DNA from: Octopus sinensis
Lineage: Eukaryota
Direction: 5' to 3'
NCBI RefSeq assembly: GCF_006345805.1
Contig: NC_043003.1
Coordinates: 87,606,001-87,670,000 of the forward strand
Length of the DNA: 64,000 nt
Part shown: positions 12,251 to 24,237 of the stretch, one piece after another
Layout of the letters: every line of letters begins with the position of its first letter
How positions within the stretch are numbered: position 1 is the stretch's first letter
Made by a program: the position numbers and the translations under genes
Notes under the pieces: model-generated
Told to the model about the DNA's origin: nothing
The model's database searches: none
The model's input: the letters and a program-made list of their open reading frames with translations, nothing else

Positions 12251-12362
12251 ACATTAACATCTTACAAAAAAGTTGAAGCACAACTGAACATCAGTGAGGA
12301 ATTTGCAAATAATACCATTTATCAGAGACACATTGGTTATTCTGATGGAAGCAACATACTTG
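12251..12362 (+). CDS. Candidate exon (acceptor ttttcatttccag, donor gtgagt)
   Basis: 112 nt between consensus splice sites. Phase 0 is open (TLTSYKKVEAQLNISEEFANNTIYQRHIGYSDGSNIL); phase 1 gives a short xINILQKS*. No homolog recognised. Confidence 0.3.
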
Positions 12363-12979
12363 GTGAGTCATAACAAATATCTAATATATATGGTACACAT
12401 CACCATAGCCTAGGTGGTAAGCTTCTGGCATACTGAGTGAACTATACTGATTCAATTTTTGATTGTGACTCTTACACTGCAATTGATCTTGCAGGACACA
12501 GTAAGGCTGTCTGTCAAATTTGTAATTTTAAAAATAATCATTCCTTATATCAGTACAATGTCATTTGTTTCCAAAGTGAGTAGGTATTGTTAATTACTGA
12601 TACTTAATGTTAAACACTAGAATACAAGTAGACTACTCATTGAATCAGTTTCATAAAGTTTTAAAATTTTCGTATTAAATGTATAATGTAAGGAGAAGAG
12701 GATTTGTAGTGTTTTAAGAAAAGCACTTCTCTTGTTTAACATTCTAAAAAAAAAGGTCTTACTTAAAATATTGGAATTCTTTTCTATCACAGAACACTAA
12801 TAGATATTTTTAAAATTTTGTCATTACTACCAATTTTATTGGCCCTGGAAGGATGAAAAGTAAAGCCAAACCCAGAAAGATTTGTACTGAGAAAGTAAAG
12901 AGGTGTGGTTCCAGACTCAGTCTTACTATGTAGAATATGATGCAAGTGTCTTGAGTTGACCAGTGCTTTATTCTTTCAT

Positions 12980-13335
12980 TCTTATATCCTTTTACTTGTT
13001 TCAGTCATTTGACTGCAGCCATGCTGGAGCACTGCCTTTAGTTGAACAAATCAACCCCAGGACTTTTCTTTGTAAGCCTAGTACTTATTCTATCAGTTTC
13101 TTTTGCCGAACTGGTAAGTTAAGGGATGTAAACACACCAACATCGGTTGTCAAGTGATAGTGGGGAGGGACAAGCAAATACACACACACGTATATACAAG
13201 CTTCTTTCAATTTCCATCTACTCACAAGTCTTTGGTTGGCCCAAGGCTATAGTAGAAGACACTTGCCAAAAGTGCCACGCAGTGGGACTGAAACCAGAAC
13301 CATGTGGTTGGGAAGCAAGCTTCTTACCACACAGC
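12980..13335 (-). mobile_element. tRNA-derived SINE (family A)
   Basis: Diverged reverse-complement copy of 4000-4385. Confidence 0.85.
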
Positions 13336-13914
13336 CATGCTGTGCTTATGAATGGAATTTGATATATAAAAAAACTGTAGAAGTCTGATGTATGTGTGTC
13401 TGTATCAATGTAAAATGATGCATCAGGTTGTGTCTCTTCCTGTCGAAAAGTAACTTAATCTCACTAGTACTGGTACCACAAAAATATTGGTTGGCATAAG
13501 GAAGAACATCCTACAATAGAAATGATGCCAAAACAGACACATGATGCAGATTTCAGATGCATCAGATGTTTATGATGAAGATGATGATGATGATGATATG
13601 TAAAATTACATACTACATATGGAATTTCATGGTCATGTCTGAACCAGTGTCTCATAATCTTGGTGATTAAGTTTACTGGATTTATATTTATATTGGTCAA
13701 GCACATTTAGTGCTTGACTCAACAAAATGTTGGATCAAGCTCAATTGAGCCTAGGCTATAATTCTGTAATCTTGCTGCGCATTAGAAATACCAATTCTTT
13801 CAGTTTTTAATTTCCATTAACTTTCTTAAACTTGGTTGAAATTGCTTTTACTTTATGTTAAAATATTCATTGTATTATAACCTTTATTTTCAATGATTAT
13901 CATAATAATTCTTT

Positions 13915-14128
13915 TCTACTGGAAGCATAAGGCCTCAAACTTTTGGGGAAGGGATTAAGTCGATTACGTCGACCCCTAGTACATAACTGGTGAAAATTTT
14001 ATCGCCCTTGAAAGGATGAAAGGCAAAGTTGACCTCAGTGGAATTCAAACTCAAAACCTAACGGCAGGCAAAATGCCGCTACACATTTCGCTCGGTGTGC
14101 TAACGATTCTGCCAGCTCGCTGCCTTAT
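13915..14128 (-). mobile_element. Second tRNA-derived SINE family (central tttgcctttcatccttt..g.gataaa domain, MetaSINE-like)
   Basis: Head ggcagcgagctggcagaatcgttagc with box B-like gagtttgaattcc. Related copies at 45878-46093 and ~58430-58570. It interrupts an older repeat whose uninterrupted copy is at ~16290-16540. Confidence 0.75.
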
Positions 14129-14239
14129 AATTATAATAATAATAAAATTGTTTTAACATTATTTACTCAAGAACCTCTTCATATTCACATTTTTCTCTCT
14201 ATTTTACTCTTACTTATCCTCTCCCACTTTTCTTCTATC

Positions 14240-14316
14240 TATGTTTGTTTGTTTACTCTCTCCTATTTATTCTCTTCCCCTTCCTGTCAGTCATCCCCTC
14301 TTTGTGTGTCTATCTT

Positions 14317-14353
<37 letters not shown>

Positions 14354-14800
14354 CTATCTCTTTCTGTCTGTCTTTTTCTCTCTGTCTTTCCCTCTGTTTC
14401 TTCTGTTTCCTTTTCTCTCTCCCACTCTTCCTTTTTCTATGTTTGTTTGCTCTCTTTTCAACTTATTCTCCTTCCCTTTCTGTCAATTCTATATCAATCC
14501 TGTCTATCTGAGTCCTCTCCTCTCTATATATATCGATCTTTCTGTCTCTCTTTCTCTCTTTCTCTGTTTTTCTCTCTCTTTCTGTCTTTTTGTTTGCATT
14601 TCCCTATTACTCTGCTGTAACTTCCTCTCTTGCTCTCACATTTCTTCCTCTATCTCCCAAACATGCTTCACTGTCCTTTCTTTCTTGTCTACTCTGCCTA
14701 TTCCTCTCCATCTTACAACACCTGCTCATGTCTTCTCTCTGCTTATATCTTGTCTCTTCTTTCCAGTGATCATTGTTAGGTCAAATTTATGCCTGAATTC
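14240..14800. repeat. CT-rich low-complexity tract with (CT)n/(CTAT)n
   Basis: Direct inspection; explains the spurious F/L/S-rich ORFs. Confidence 0.9.
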
Positions 14801-15123
14801 TCGTTAATTCATTAAATTAGTACTTATCTTCCTTTTCACTGGGTTCAAGGGCAACATGAGTAGCATGAACAGATGGACATACAGGTATTATTATGTGAGA
14901 CAATGTGGTTGCTTGATCTGTTAAAAATAGCAGCTAGATTGCTCTCATATCACTTCCTACTTTCTCCTAGAAAAGATGCATTTGATGATGTATTTCTAGA
15001 TGTACTGTATCAGAAAAACAGAATGGCTGGTCAAGCTGAAACATCTTTGATCATAGTTCTGCTAGCTCAAGAGTGGTCTGGGGTTGAATAATCAGATATG
15101 TTTTATGTCCAAAGTAATGTATA

Positions 15124-16234
15124 TGTAGTCTGATCAATAAGTGTCCGGACTGTTGCCATAATAACAAAGCTAAAGCATGCAGAGTGAAGCCACTTGGCAC
15201 AGATTGACCTTGTACTTTGCTGTGCATGTGCACTAAGTTTTAACATTCTAGCTCACTGCCACTGTTTACAGCAGTGCTTGGAAGGAATGTGTGTAGCGTG
15301 TGATTGTTGCATTGATTTTTAGAAAGAGGAATAAGTCGCAAGGGGTGATACAGTGGCTGTCAGACCTGGAGAATGCTGTGCCTAGCCAAAAACTGCTGCA
15401 CAAGCTGTGCTGAATGGGCAGGTGCATTGTCATGGTGCAATTACCATTCACCAGATGCATGCAGTTGTGGCCTTTTCTGACAAACAGCATCCCACAAATG
15501 CTGCAAATGAACAATCCCCTTGTAGTCAAAGAAAACGTTCAACAGTGTCTTTACATTACTTTGACTCATTTGTACTTTCTTCGGTCTTGGAGATGTTGGG
15601 GTCTTCCACTGCGAAGACTGAACCGTTTTTCAGGGTCATAGCCATAGACCCATGATTCATCACCTGTTATGACCATTTTCAAAAAGTTTTCTTTGTTCTC
15701 GATACAATCAAGGAGATCTTGTACAATTCAAACCCAAGTGTCCTTTTGGTCAGCTGAAAATAGTTTTGGCACAAACTTGGCAGACATGTGATAATGAACT
15801 GAACTAAACCGTAACTAATCTGCACATCCTCTGATAACTCATGGATGGTAATTTGATGATTTCCTCTCACAGCTACACACATCTGTGATATTTTTCGCAG
15901 TTCTGCTGGTTGTGGGTATAGTTTTTTCAGCTATCTTGGAAACAGCTGAACCACTCATACACTCCTCTCCGTACACTTTCTGCAGGTATCACCAAGCTCT
16001 TGGCTAGATTTAATGCAGATTCTCTGTTCAACCAACTCTGCCGTGGTCAATGCAACGATCACACACTACACATGTTCCTTCCAAGCACTGCTATAAACCG
16101 CAGAAGTGAGCTAGAATGTTAAAACTGTGCACATGAAAAGCAGACTTCAAGGTCAGTCTGTGACAAATGACCACTCTGAATGCTTTAGCTTCATTACTAT
16201 GGCAACAGTCTAGATACTCATTGATCAGATCACA
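15124..16234 (-). mobile_element. Defective mariner-like element with ~190-bp terminal inverted repeats
   Basis: TA-flanked; TIRs ~15124-15312 / ~16045-16234. Broken transposase with ITGDESWVYGYDPE, LHHDNAPAHS and PCDLFLF motifs. Confidence 0.85.
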
Positions 16235-17519
16235 TATATTTATGTAACATTTGTATATTATACTCAAGTTAAATAAATGTAGACCCAACAAACTGTTGAG
16301 TCGAGCTCAAATGAGCCTTGACTATAATTCTGTAACCTCGGCATGCATTAGAAATAGTTAGAAATATCGATTTATTCAATTCTTTAATTTCCATTAGCTT
16401 TCTTAAACTTGGTTAAAATTGCATATACTTTACTCACTGTATTATAACCTTTATTTTCATATAAGTTTTATAGCATAATAATTAATAAAATCTTTTAACA
16501 CTGTTTACTCAAGAACCTCTTCATATTCACAATTTGCTCAGCTCTCTTCTGTATATTATTATTTGAGCTCCACCCTGCATTTTGTTAAGTCAAGCATGTT
16601 TAGTGCTTGACCAATTATACAGCACAGCTCCATTGTCTCTATTTCTTTCTCTTGCTGTGATTACATTATATTATCATATATTATGAATTCTTGTATTCTT
16701 TATGCAAAATAAAAAAGAAAATTGTTTTTTAATTTATATATTTTTTTTAAATAATAATTATAATTATACTGACAAATGGAATACTATCAGTGATACTAAA
16801 ATCACTTTTTATAATGCCAATTTTCCTTCCAAAACAGTGTTGCTTTCTTTTTGAGAAAAATTAATTGAAATAACAAGCCTAAATGATAATTATGAAGTAA
16901 AAATTATAAAATAAAAATTAAAAATCACTGGTGGCCTTTCCCCCATAAAAACCAACAATCACCTCAGCATGGTATGGGGGTGAACCAGAAATTGGACTAA
17001 TGATGGCAATGGAACTAGGATGATAATCTAAATAATAAATGATATAAATATAATCTTAAAAAACAAGAAATTTAAATGGAAAAATGTCCTGCTTTGGAGA
17101 AATGTTCAAACTTTAAATTTTTCTAAAAAGAAATTTGTTGTTTTACAGAAAATAGTTTAATAAAATGTCAAGCCTTCAAATGTTAGAAACTAGAATAAAA
17201 AAAATAATAAAAATTTTAATTGGCATTTTGTTGCACTTTTTGAAATGCTCATCTCATTAAAAAACACGTCTTATTTTTAAAGGTGGGGAAATACCACTAT
17301 TTCAATCCCTTTTATTAACAAATGAAGTTTAAAGATGTTTTTCTAATACATAATTTTTAAATTTTACCATTGATAAACAAAAAATATTGTTGAAACTAGT
17401 TTGGTATATATGTAAATAAATATATTTTAAACAATTACGAGTTTCTGAAATTTAGGTGCATTTTCAACAACACATCTTCCAATAATTTTTCCTGCATGGA
17501 AACACCCTCCTCTTTTGTT

Positions 17520-17564
17520 ATATATATATGTATATACATATATATATATGTATATATATATGTA

Positions 17565-17615
<51 letters not shown>

Positions 17616-17687
17616 GTATATATGTATATATACCCACACACACACATATATATACATATACACACACACGCACATATATGTACATAT

Positions 17688-17719
<32 letters not shown>

Positions 17720-17722
17720 ATA

Positions 17723-17767
<45 letters not shown>

Positions 17768-17771
17768 ATAT

Positions 17772-17814
<43 letters not shown>

Positions 17815-17890
17815 TATATAAACACACACATATATATATACATATACATATATATACACACACATATATATATACATATATACACATATA
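17520..17890. repeat. (TA)n/(CA)n compound microsatellite
   Basis: Direct inspection. Confidence 0.95.
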
Positions 17891-18332
17891 CAGTGGGGGG
17901 AAATAAATATTCGTACATGTCAAAATTCTTTATTTATTTAATTTCTAATGAAAATAAATGGGATATACCAATACTATATTTGCATACACATGCATAAACT
18001 AAGAATATGCAAAAGAAACTTATAAATTATAGTAACTAAGGAATTTATATTCAATTATAAATATTTAGGGGTGAAAAAAGTATTTGTACAGAACATAAAT
18101 AACTGATAAGTCTGATTTAATACTTCGTAGAATAACCATTGTTCAGTTCTACTTCAACCAATCTCTTTTTGTAGTTCTTAATCAATGTCTCACATGTTTC
18201 TTTAGGAATTTTTTCCCATTCTTCTTGACAAATTTTCTTCAAATCTGCAATGCATGTTGGGGCTCTTGAATGAATTTTAATTTTCTAATAATGCCATAAA
18301 TTTTCAATGGGTTTCAAGTCAGGTGGATTACT
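17891..18332 (-). mobile_element. Tc1-family transposon 3' fragment
   Basis: TA|CAGTGGGGGGAAATAAATATT TIR. Minus strand encodes PPDLKPIENLW...DLKKICQEEWEKIP..C..LI..YKKRL. Confidence 0.85.
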
Positions 18333-18621
18333 ATTTATTTATAAATAAATAAAACAAAGGGAGCGAAGGGAAGTAACTCGAGATTAATTATCTCCAGAAC
18401 CATATTAAATAGTTAACCCCAAATTCACTAATCAATAAATAGATTAGTTAATTAGTTAACCAATCAATCAAACAATTAAACCGATCAATTGGTTATATAA
18501 TTTGGTATACATACCCATGTACATAAATACATAAACATACACACGTACATATACATACGTACATGCATCCACACATACATATATACACATATGCATTTAT
18601 ATATATATATGTGTATATATA

Positions 18622-18671
<50 letters not shown>

Positions 18672-19069
18672 ATATACACTCACTTTAGTTAACAAATCAA
18701 TCAAACAATTAATCCGATCATTGGTTATATAATTTGGTATACACATTACATTCCTTAATCATATACATACCTATGTACATAAATACATAAACATACATGT
18801 GTACATATACATACATACATGCATCCACACATACATACATATGCACACATATACATACATATATATATAAACACACACATACACACATATATATATATAC
18901 ATATACATATATATATATACATACACACACACATATATATATACCCACTTATATATGATGGCTGCCCCCTTGTTATTGAGTATGGCCATTGCACAAAGCT
19001 TAACTGTTATTGGTGCTTTGATCGAATGTGACTTTTTAGCCCAGCTAAAGATCTACAATGTCTTGTACA

Positions 19070-22000
19070 GAATTGGCAGCTAAAACCTTTACTGGTAATA
19101 GCCGGCTGTAGTTATAACTGGGCTTCATGTACCTTTGCATGTCGAATTGCACTCTCTTCCATATGCCTGACAGATATGATTAGTATGGTGTGTAACACTA
19201 CCACCAGTGGCCAGGTTGTCACTCATCTGTCTCACTTTATGACTACGAAGATGACTCTTGAGTCCAGCTTTACTGAGGCAGGGTTTTGCACAGACACTGC
19301 ATGTCAGCAACATAGGATGACTTTTCCTATCTGGAAGTGTAACAGCGATGCCCTTCCTAACATCCCTCTTTACTTTTTCATGCGCAACTCGAGATTTTTC
19401 AAAAGTAGCTGTCCCCTCGTGCACAATCCTTCTCCACCTGCTACGATCAATAGCTATGCCTTCCCATGTGTCAGGAGAGATTCAAGCATCTCATAAGGAA
19501 GCCTTCAGCAAGTCCTTATACCTTTTTTTGGTTTATGTGGAGGCCGTTCTCCTTTAGCTAACTCTCCATAAAAGAGTTCCTTTGGCATCCTTAAATCCTT
19601 CATCCTGACCAGATGACCACTCCATCTGAGCCTTTGCTTTAACACAAGAGCTTCTATACTTTTGCACCGAGAGCCTTCCAATATTTCAAGATCACTGATG
19701 CAGTCCCCCCACTTATTGCCATAGATCCGTCTGAGACACATCTGATGGAAACGTTCCAGTTGTTTAACACTTTCGTTACCAAACCGCCCGAAAAAATTTT
19801 GGTTAATGTGACCAAACCGCCCAAAGCCGCCCGAATTTACCTATTCATATTTAAATGAGAATATCAGAGCAAATCTCTTTAGTACATTCGTGAAAATACG
19901 TATTATACTTCGTAAAGAGTTCAACTACAGTTTTGTACAAAAATCGAAGTGTAATTTTAATTCCGTGAATTTTGGAAGATTTTTTTTTCCGAAATTTGTT
20001 CCTATTGTGTTTTCAAAATTTGTAATTCTGACAAAAAATGGATACGAATTTCATTATATCAAGCAGCGAGTCAGAATTCGAAGGATTTTCTACTGAAGAC
20101 CTTCATAAATCTAACTCTATGACTGAAAAAAGAAAAGCATGTGGTATTTGATAATGAATCCGATGTTTCATTTTCCGAAAGTGAAAACAGTGAATCCGAG
20201 AGCTCCGACAGCAATAAAGAAAATGAATTGGCACCTGAATGGAGTGAAAATTTCTTTCGGTGATTTTTCTGAAGAAACTGGACCAAGCCACAGACTTTCC
20301 CAGAAGAGTAAAGCCTTAGACTATTTCTTTTTACTTTTTCAAATGAGCCTAATCATTACTAATCATTACGGTGGAAACAAACCGTTACGCTAAACGTAAA
20401 CAAAACGAAAGAAAGGATAGTTAGTGTATTCCCACAACCTTAAATGAAATTAAGACTATTTTGCCATAAATATTATTATGGGTATCAGAAAGTTACCCAG
20501 AATAACAAATTCTATCGTAAAATTTTGTTGTATACCCAATTGAATATTAGCTAATAACCCATTTTCTATAGTGATGTTTGAACAAAATTTTAATAATTTT
20601 ATATTTTGTTGAATTTACCTGTATCTACCTGCAATTAGAGTCACTTTGTGACAAAAATTATAGTATAGAATTGGTTGAGAACATTTCATTAAATTATCTT
20701 CCAAAATTCATGTTAATATATTGATAAATAAAAAAGTTATAGTTGTTTAATGAAACCAGACTAAATTTATGATTATGTTAGAAATTAATTGAAACACATA
20801 AGGGGTGTATTTTGGTCAGAAATATAGTAACGAAAGGGTTAAGGTGGTATCAATACATGACCCACATCTCGCAGGCATAGAGAAAAGAAGGGAACACACA
20901 TGCCTTGTACACCTTTATCTTTGTCTTTCTGCATTTGTTTCGCCGACTTCAGAGGCGCCTTTCTAACCTTCCGAAAGCAACACTTGCTTTCCTAATTTTA
21001 TATGGAATTTCATCATCCAAAGTGCTACATCTATTAACAGTGCTTCCCAGGTAGACAAACTGATTGACTACATCAAGTCGTTTACCATACACATAGATAT
21101 TTGGTACACTATACTGCTTACCAGGGGCAGGTTGGTACATGACAACAGTTTTCTTGAGATTGACTGTCAATCCTAGAGCAGTGCAAGCATCAGAGAATGC
21201 ATTCAAAATGTGTTGCATATCAATCTCTGTGTGTGCTACTAGCTCACAATCATCTGCATACAAAAGGTCTCTTATGATAGAGGTAAATTGCTTTGTTTTT
21301 GCAGCAAAGCGCCTGATATTAAATATGCTGCCAGAGGTTCGATAATGGATGTAAACACCATATCTGCAGTTTCTGAATGCAATACAGAAAACCATAAAAT
21401 ATATGGCAAACAGGGTCGGTGCCAGAATACCCCTGTTTCACTCCATTATATATTGAAATGGGCTCCGACATTTTCCCTCTAACATTCACCCTACCATTCA
21501 TGTCTCCATGAAAAGACCTAACCAAAGCAAGGAACTTTTCAAGACACCCAAGTTTCTGGAGGACTTTCCACAATGCTTTTCTATTAACGGTATCAAAGTC
21601 AGATCAACAAAAACCTGATACAAATCCAGACCCTGTTCCACACACTTCTCCTGAAGCTGTCTAGCTGAAAAGATCATATCAGCAGTGCCATGTCCCACAT
21701 GAAAGCCAGATTAACTTTCTGGAAGAACATTATCTGCAGCATGATTCAGCAGACAATCCAGAAGTACCCTACATAAAACCTTTCCTACAACAGAAATCAA
21801 TGATATTCCCCTATACTTACCACAATCATTCCTGTTGCCCTTTCCCTTATACAGGACCACCATTACTGTATCTCTCCAGTCCTCAGGTACAGATTCACTA
21901 GTCCATATCTTACCAAATAAAGAGTGAAGTTGCTGCAGAAGTTTCTCACCACCATGCTGTAACAACTCCACATATATGCCATCCGTACCCAGAGACTTTC

Positions 22001-22378
22001 CATTATTCATCCTTGAGACAGCCATTGCAACTTCTTCCAACTCTGGTGGTTCTGCGAGTGCTGCCTTCACAGGTAATCCAGGTATGAGATTACTAACTAC
22101 AGACTGCTGATTCAAAAGTTCATCAAAGTGTTCTTGCCACCTTGGCAAAATTCCTTGTGAATCACGAAGAAGTTCTTTACCATCTCTGCTTCGAAGTGGT
22201 GTCATCAGGGAAGATGTCGGTCCATAAACTTCTCGCAAGAGACCATACAACAGCTTTGTGTGATTGGAATCCGATGCCACCTGTATCTTATCAGCCCTCT
22301 TACTCCACCATGTATCCCTCATCTGAGAGAGCCTTTGCCTCACATGTGATTTTACATCCTTGAGTTCCCTATGTAACC
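19070..22378 (-). mobile_element. RTE-BovB-like LINE (family 2), 5'-truncated, interrupted by piggyBac
   Basis: RT motifs YRGISL, MIFSARQLQEKC, FVDLT, LLYADDC, YLGS, RLRWSGHLVRM and a C-terminal C2H2 finger CSVCAKPCLSKAGLKSHLRSH. Confidence 0.92.
19768..20838 (+). mobile_element. Non-autonomous piggyBac (internal deletion)
   Basis: TTAA duplications at 19764-67 and 20839-42, TIR C(A/C)CTTTCGTTAC, acidic N-terminal transposase remnant (SESEFEGF; ETNRYA; IIMGI.KLP). Confidence 0.92.
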
Positions 22379-22722
22379 CACTTATATATACATATATACA
22401 TACATCCATACAAATACAAACACATACATATCCACCTACATATATATCCTCATACACATAATTATCAACATAAAACAAGAACCAAAACATATACATGTTT
22501 ATCTTAACCTATATGCATACATATATAACACATAATTGCTTGCACAAATATATGTAGGCATATATAGGCTTAAATACATACCTAGTTAGGCCTTCATACA
22601 TGTGAATGCACATACAAAAAACATACATATATACAAGTGTCAACAATTATACAAATATATACATTGATATATAATACAATACATAAATAGTGTCTATAGT
22701 AATAAATATTCACATATTATGC

Positions 22723-22759
<37 letters not shown>

Positions 22760-22872
22760 GGGTGCTATTAAGTTAGACATGGCCTGGGCCAATAATGGCC
22801 GAAACCTATCAAAGTATCAAAGTATATATATATATATATATTATTATAATATATATATATATATATAATATA

Positions 22873-24137
22873 TTGGGTTGGCCAAAAAGTCCGTTGGTTT
22901 TTTTTTTAGGTGAAAATCAAAACAAAGTAAACAATTGTGAAAAATGTATTTAATCAATACAATAGTTACCATTTGCTTCTATAACCTTTTGCCACCTGTT
23001 GGGTAGATCTTTAATCCCCTGTTCAAAGAATTTAGGTTCTTTATTAGCAAAAAAGTTTCCAAGAAGTTTTTCACACACTTCATCAGAATTAAAATTTTTT
23101 CCATTCAATGAATTTTGCAGTGATCGAAACAGATGGAAATCTGATGGGGCCAGATCTGGAGAGTACGGAGGGTGAGGCAAAACTTCCCACTCAAACTGCT
23201 GCAACTTCTGCCGAGTAATCAAAGGAGTGTGTGGCCTTGCATTGTTATGGTGAAAAACGCCTTTGCGATTCACCAGTTCTGGCCGTTTTTGATGAAGAAC
23301 CATGTTTAATTTATCCAGTTGTGGCACAATAAACCTCTGAAATGATGGTTTTATTCAAGGGAAGAAGTTCCAAAAAAGACAACACCCTTCCAATCCCACC
23401 ATATCGATAACAGAACTTTCTTTGGGTGAAGACCTGCTTTGGGTGTTCGTTTTGGAGAATCCCCTGCTTTTTTCCATGATCTTCATTTCACACCATTGTA
23501 AACTACCCGCTTTTCATCTCCAGTAACAATTCTTCTCAAAAAGGGTTTGTTGTTTTCCCTTTTTAGTAATGAATCATAAATGGAAACCCTCTGGACAAGA
23601 TTTGCTTCTGTCAAACATCAAGTTTAGAAACGTAACCAAGTTTATGCAATTCATTTTCCACACTTGTTTTGGATATGTTAAGAATATCTGTGATTTGTCT
23701 GGTCATAAGACTGCAGTCTTGTTTGACTACAGCTCTCAGTTGGTCGATGTCAATTTTTTTTCGCCGGCCAGTGCAAGGTGCATCTCTTACTGAAAAATTC
23801 CCTGATTGAAATTGAGCAAACCATTTCTGGCACACCCATTCTGAAACAGCATTTCTCCATACACATTGCATAACTTTCGGCAAGTTTCTGTTGCTTTCTT
23901 TCTTTCTCTGAAGTAAAAAAGCATAAGATGCCGATAGTGCTCCGCCCGGTCTTCCATGCCTAGGCTCAAATGCAATCAAACAAGTTGCAATCTCTCTCCT
24001 TGAGGCTTGTTACACACTGATGCAACCTTGGTCGTTATACCGAATACAGTTTCTAAAGAAAAAGAATATCAGAACAGTGATTAGAAGACTGGACAGTTGA
24101 TACTAAAAAAAACGAACGGACTTTTTGGCCAACCCCA
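22873..24137 (-). mobile_element. Mariner transposon, defective (copy 1 of duplication)
   Basis: TA-flanked ~33-bp TIRs ttgggttggccaaaaagtccgtt. Transposase MEDRAEHYRHLMLFYF... and HPPYSPDLAPSDFHLF; the WVPHEL region is deleted. Confidence 0.93.
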
Positions 24138-24237
24138 TATATATCTAATTACACCTAACTTAATATATACCCCTATATAATATATATATATATACATACA
24201 TATACATATACACACACATACACACATATATATACAT

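Noticed and set aside
17427-18994. Long Y/I/C/V-rich ORFs
   Set aside because: Translations of (TA)n/(CA)n microsatellites.
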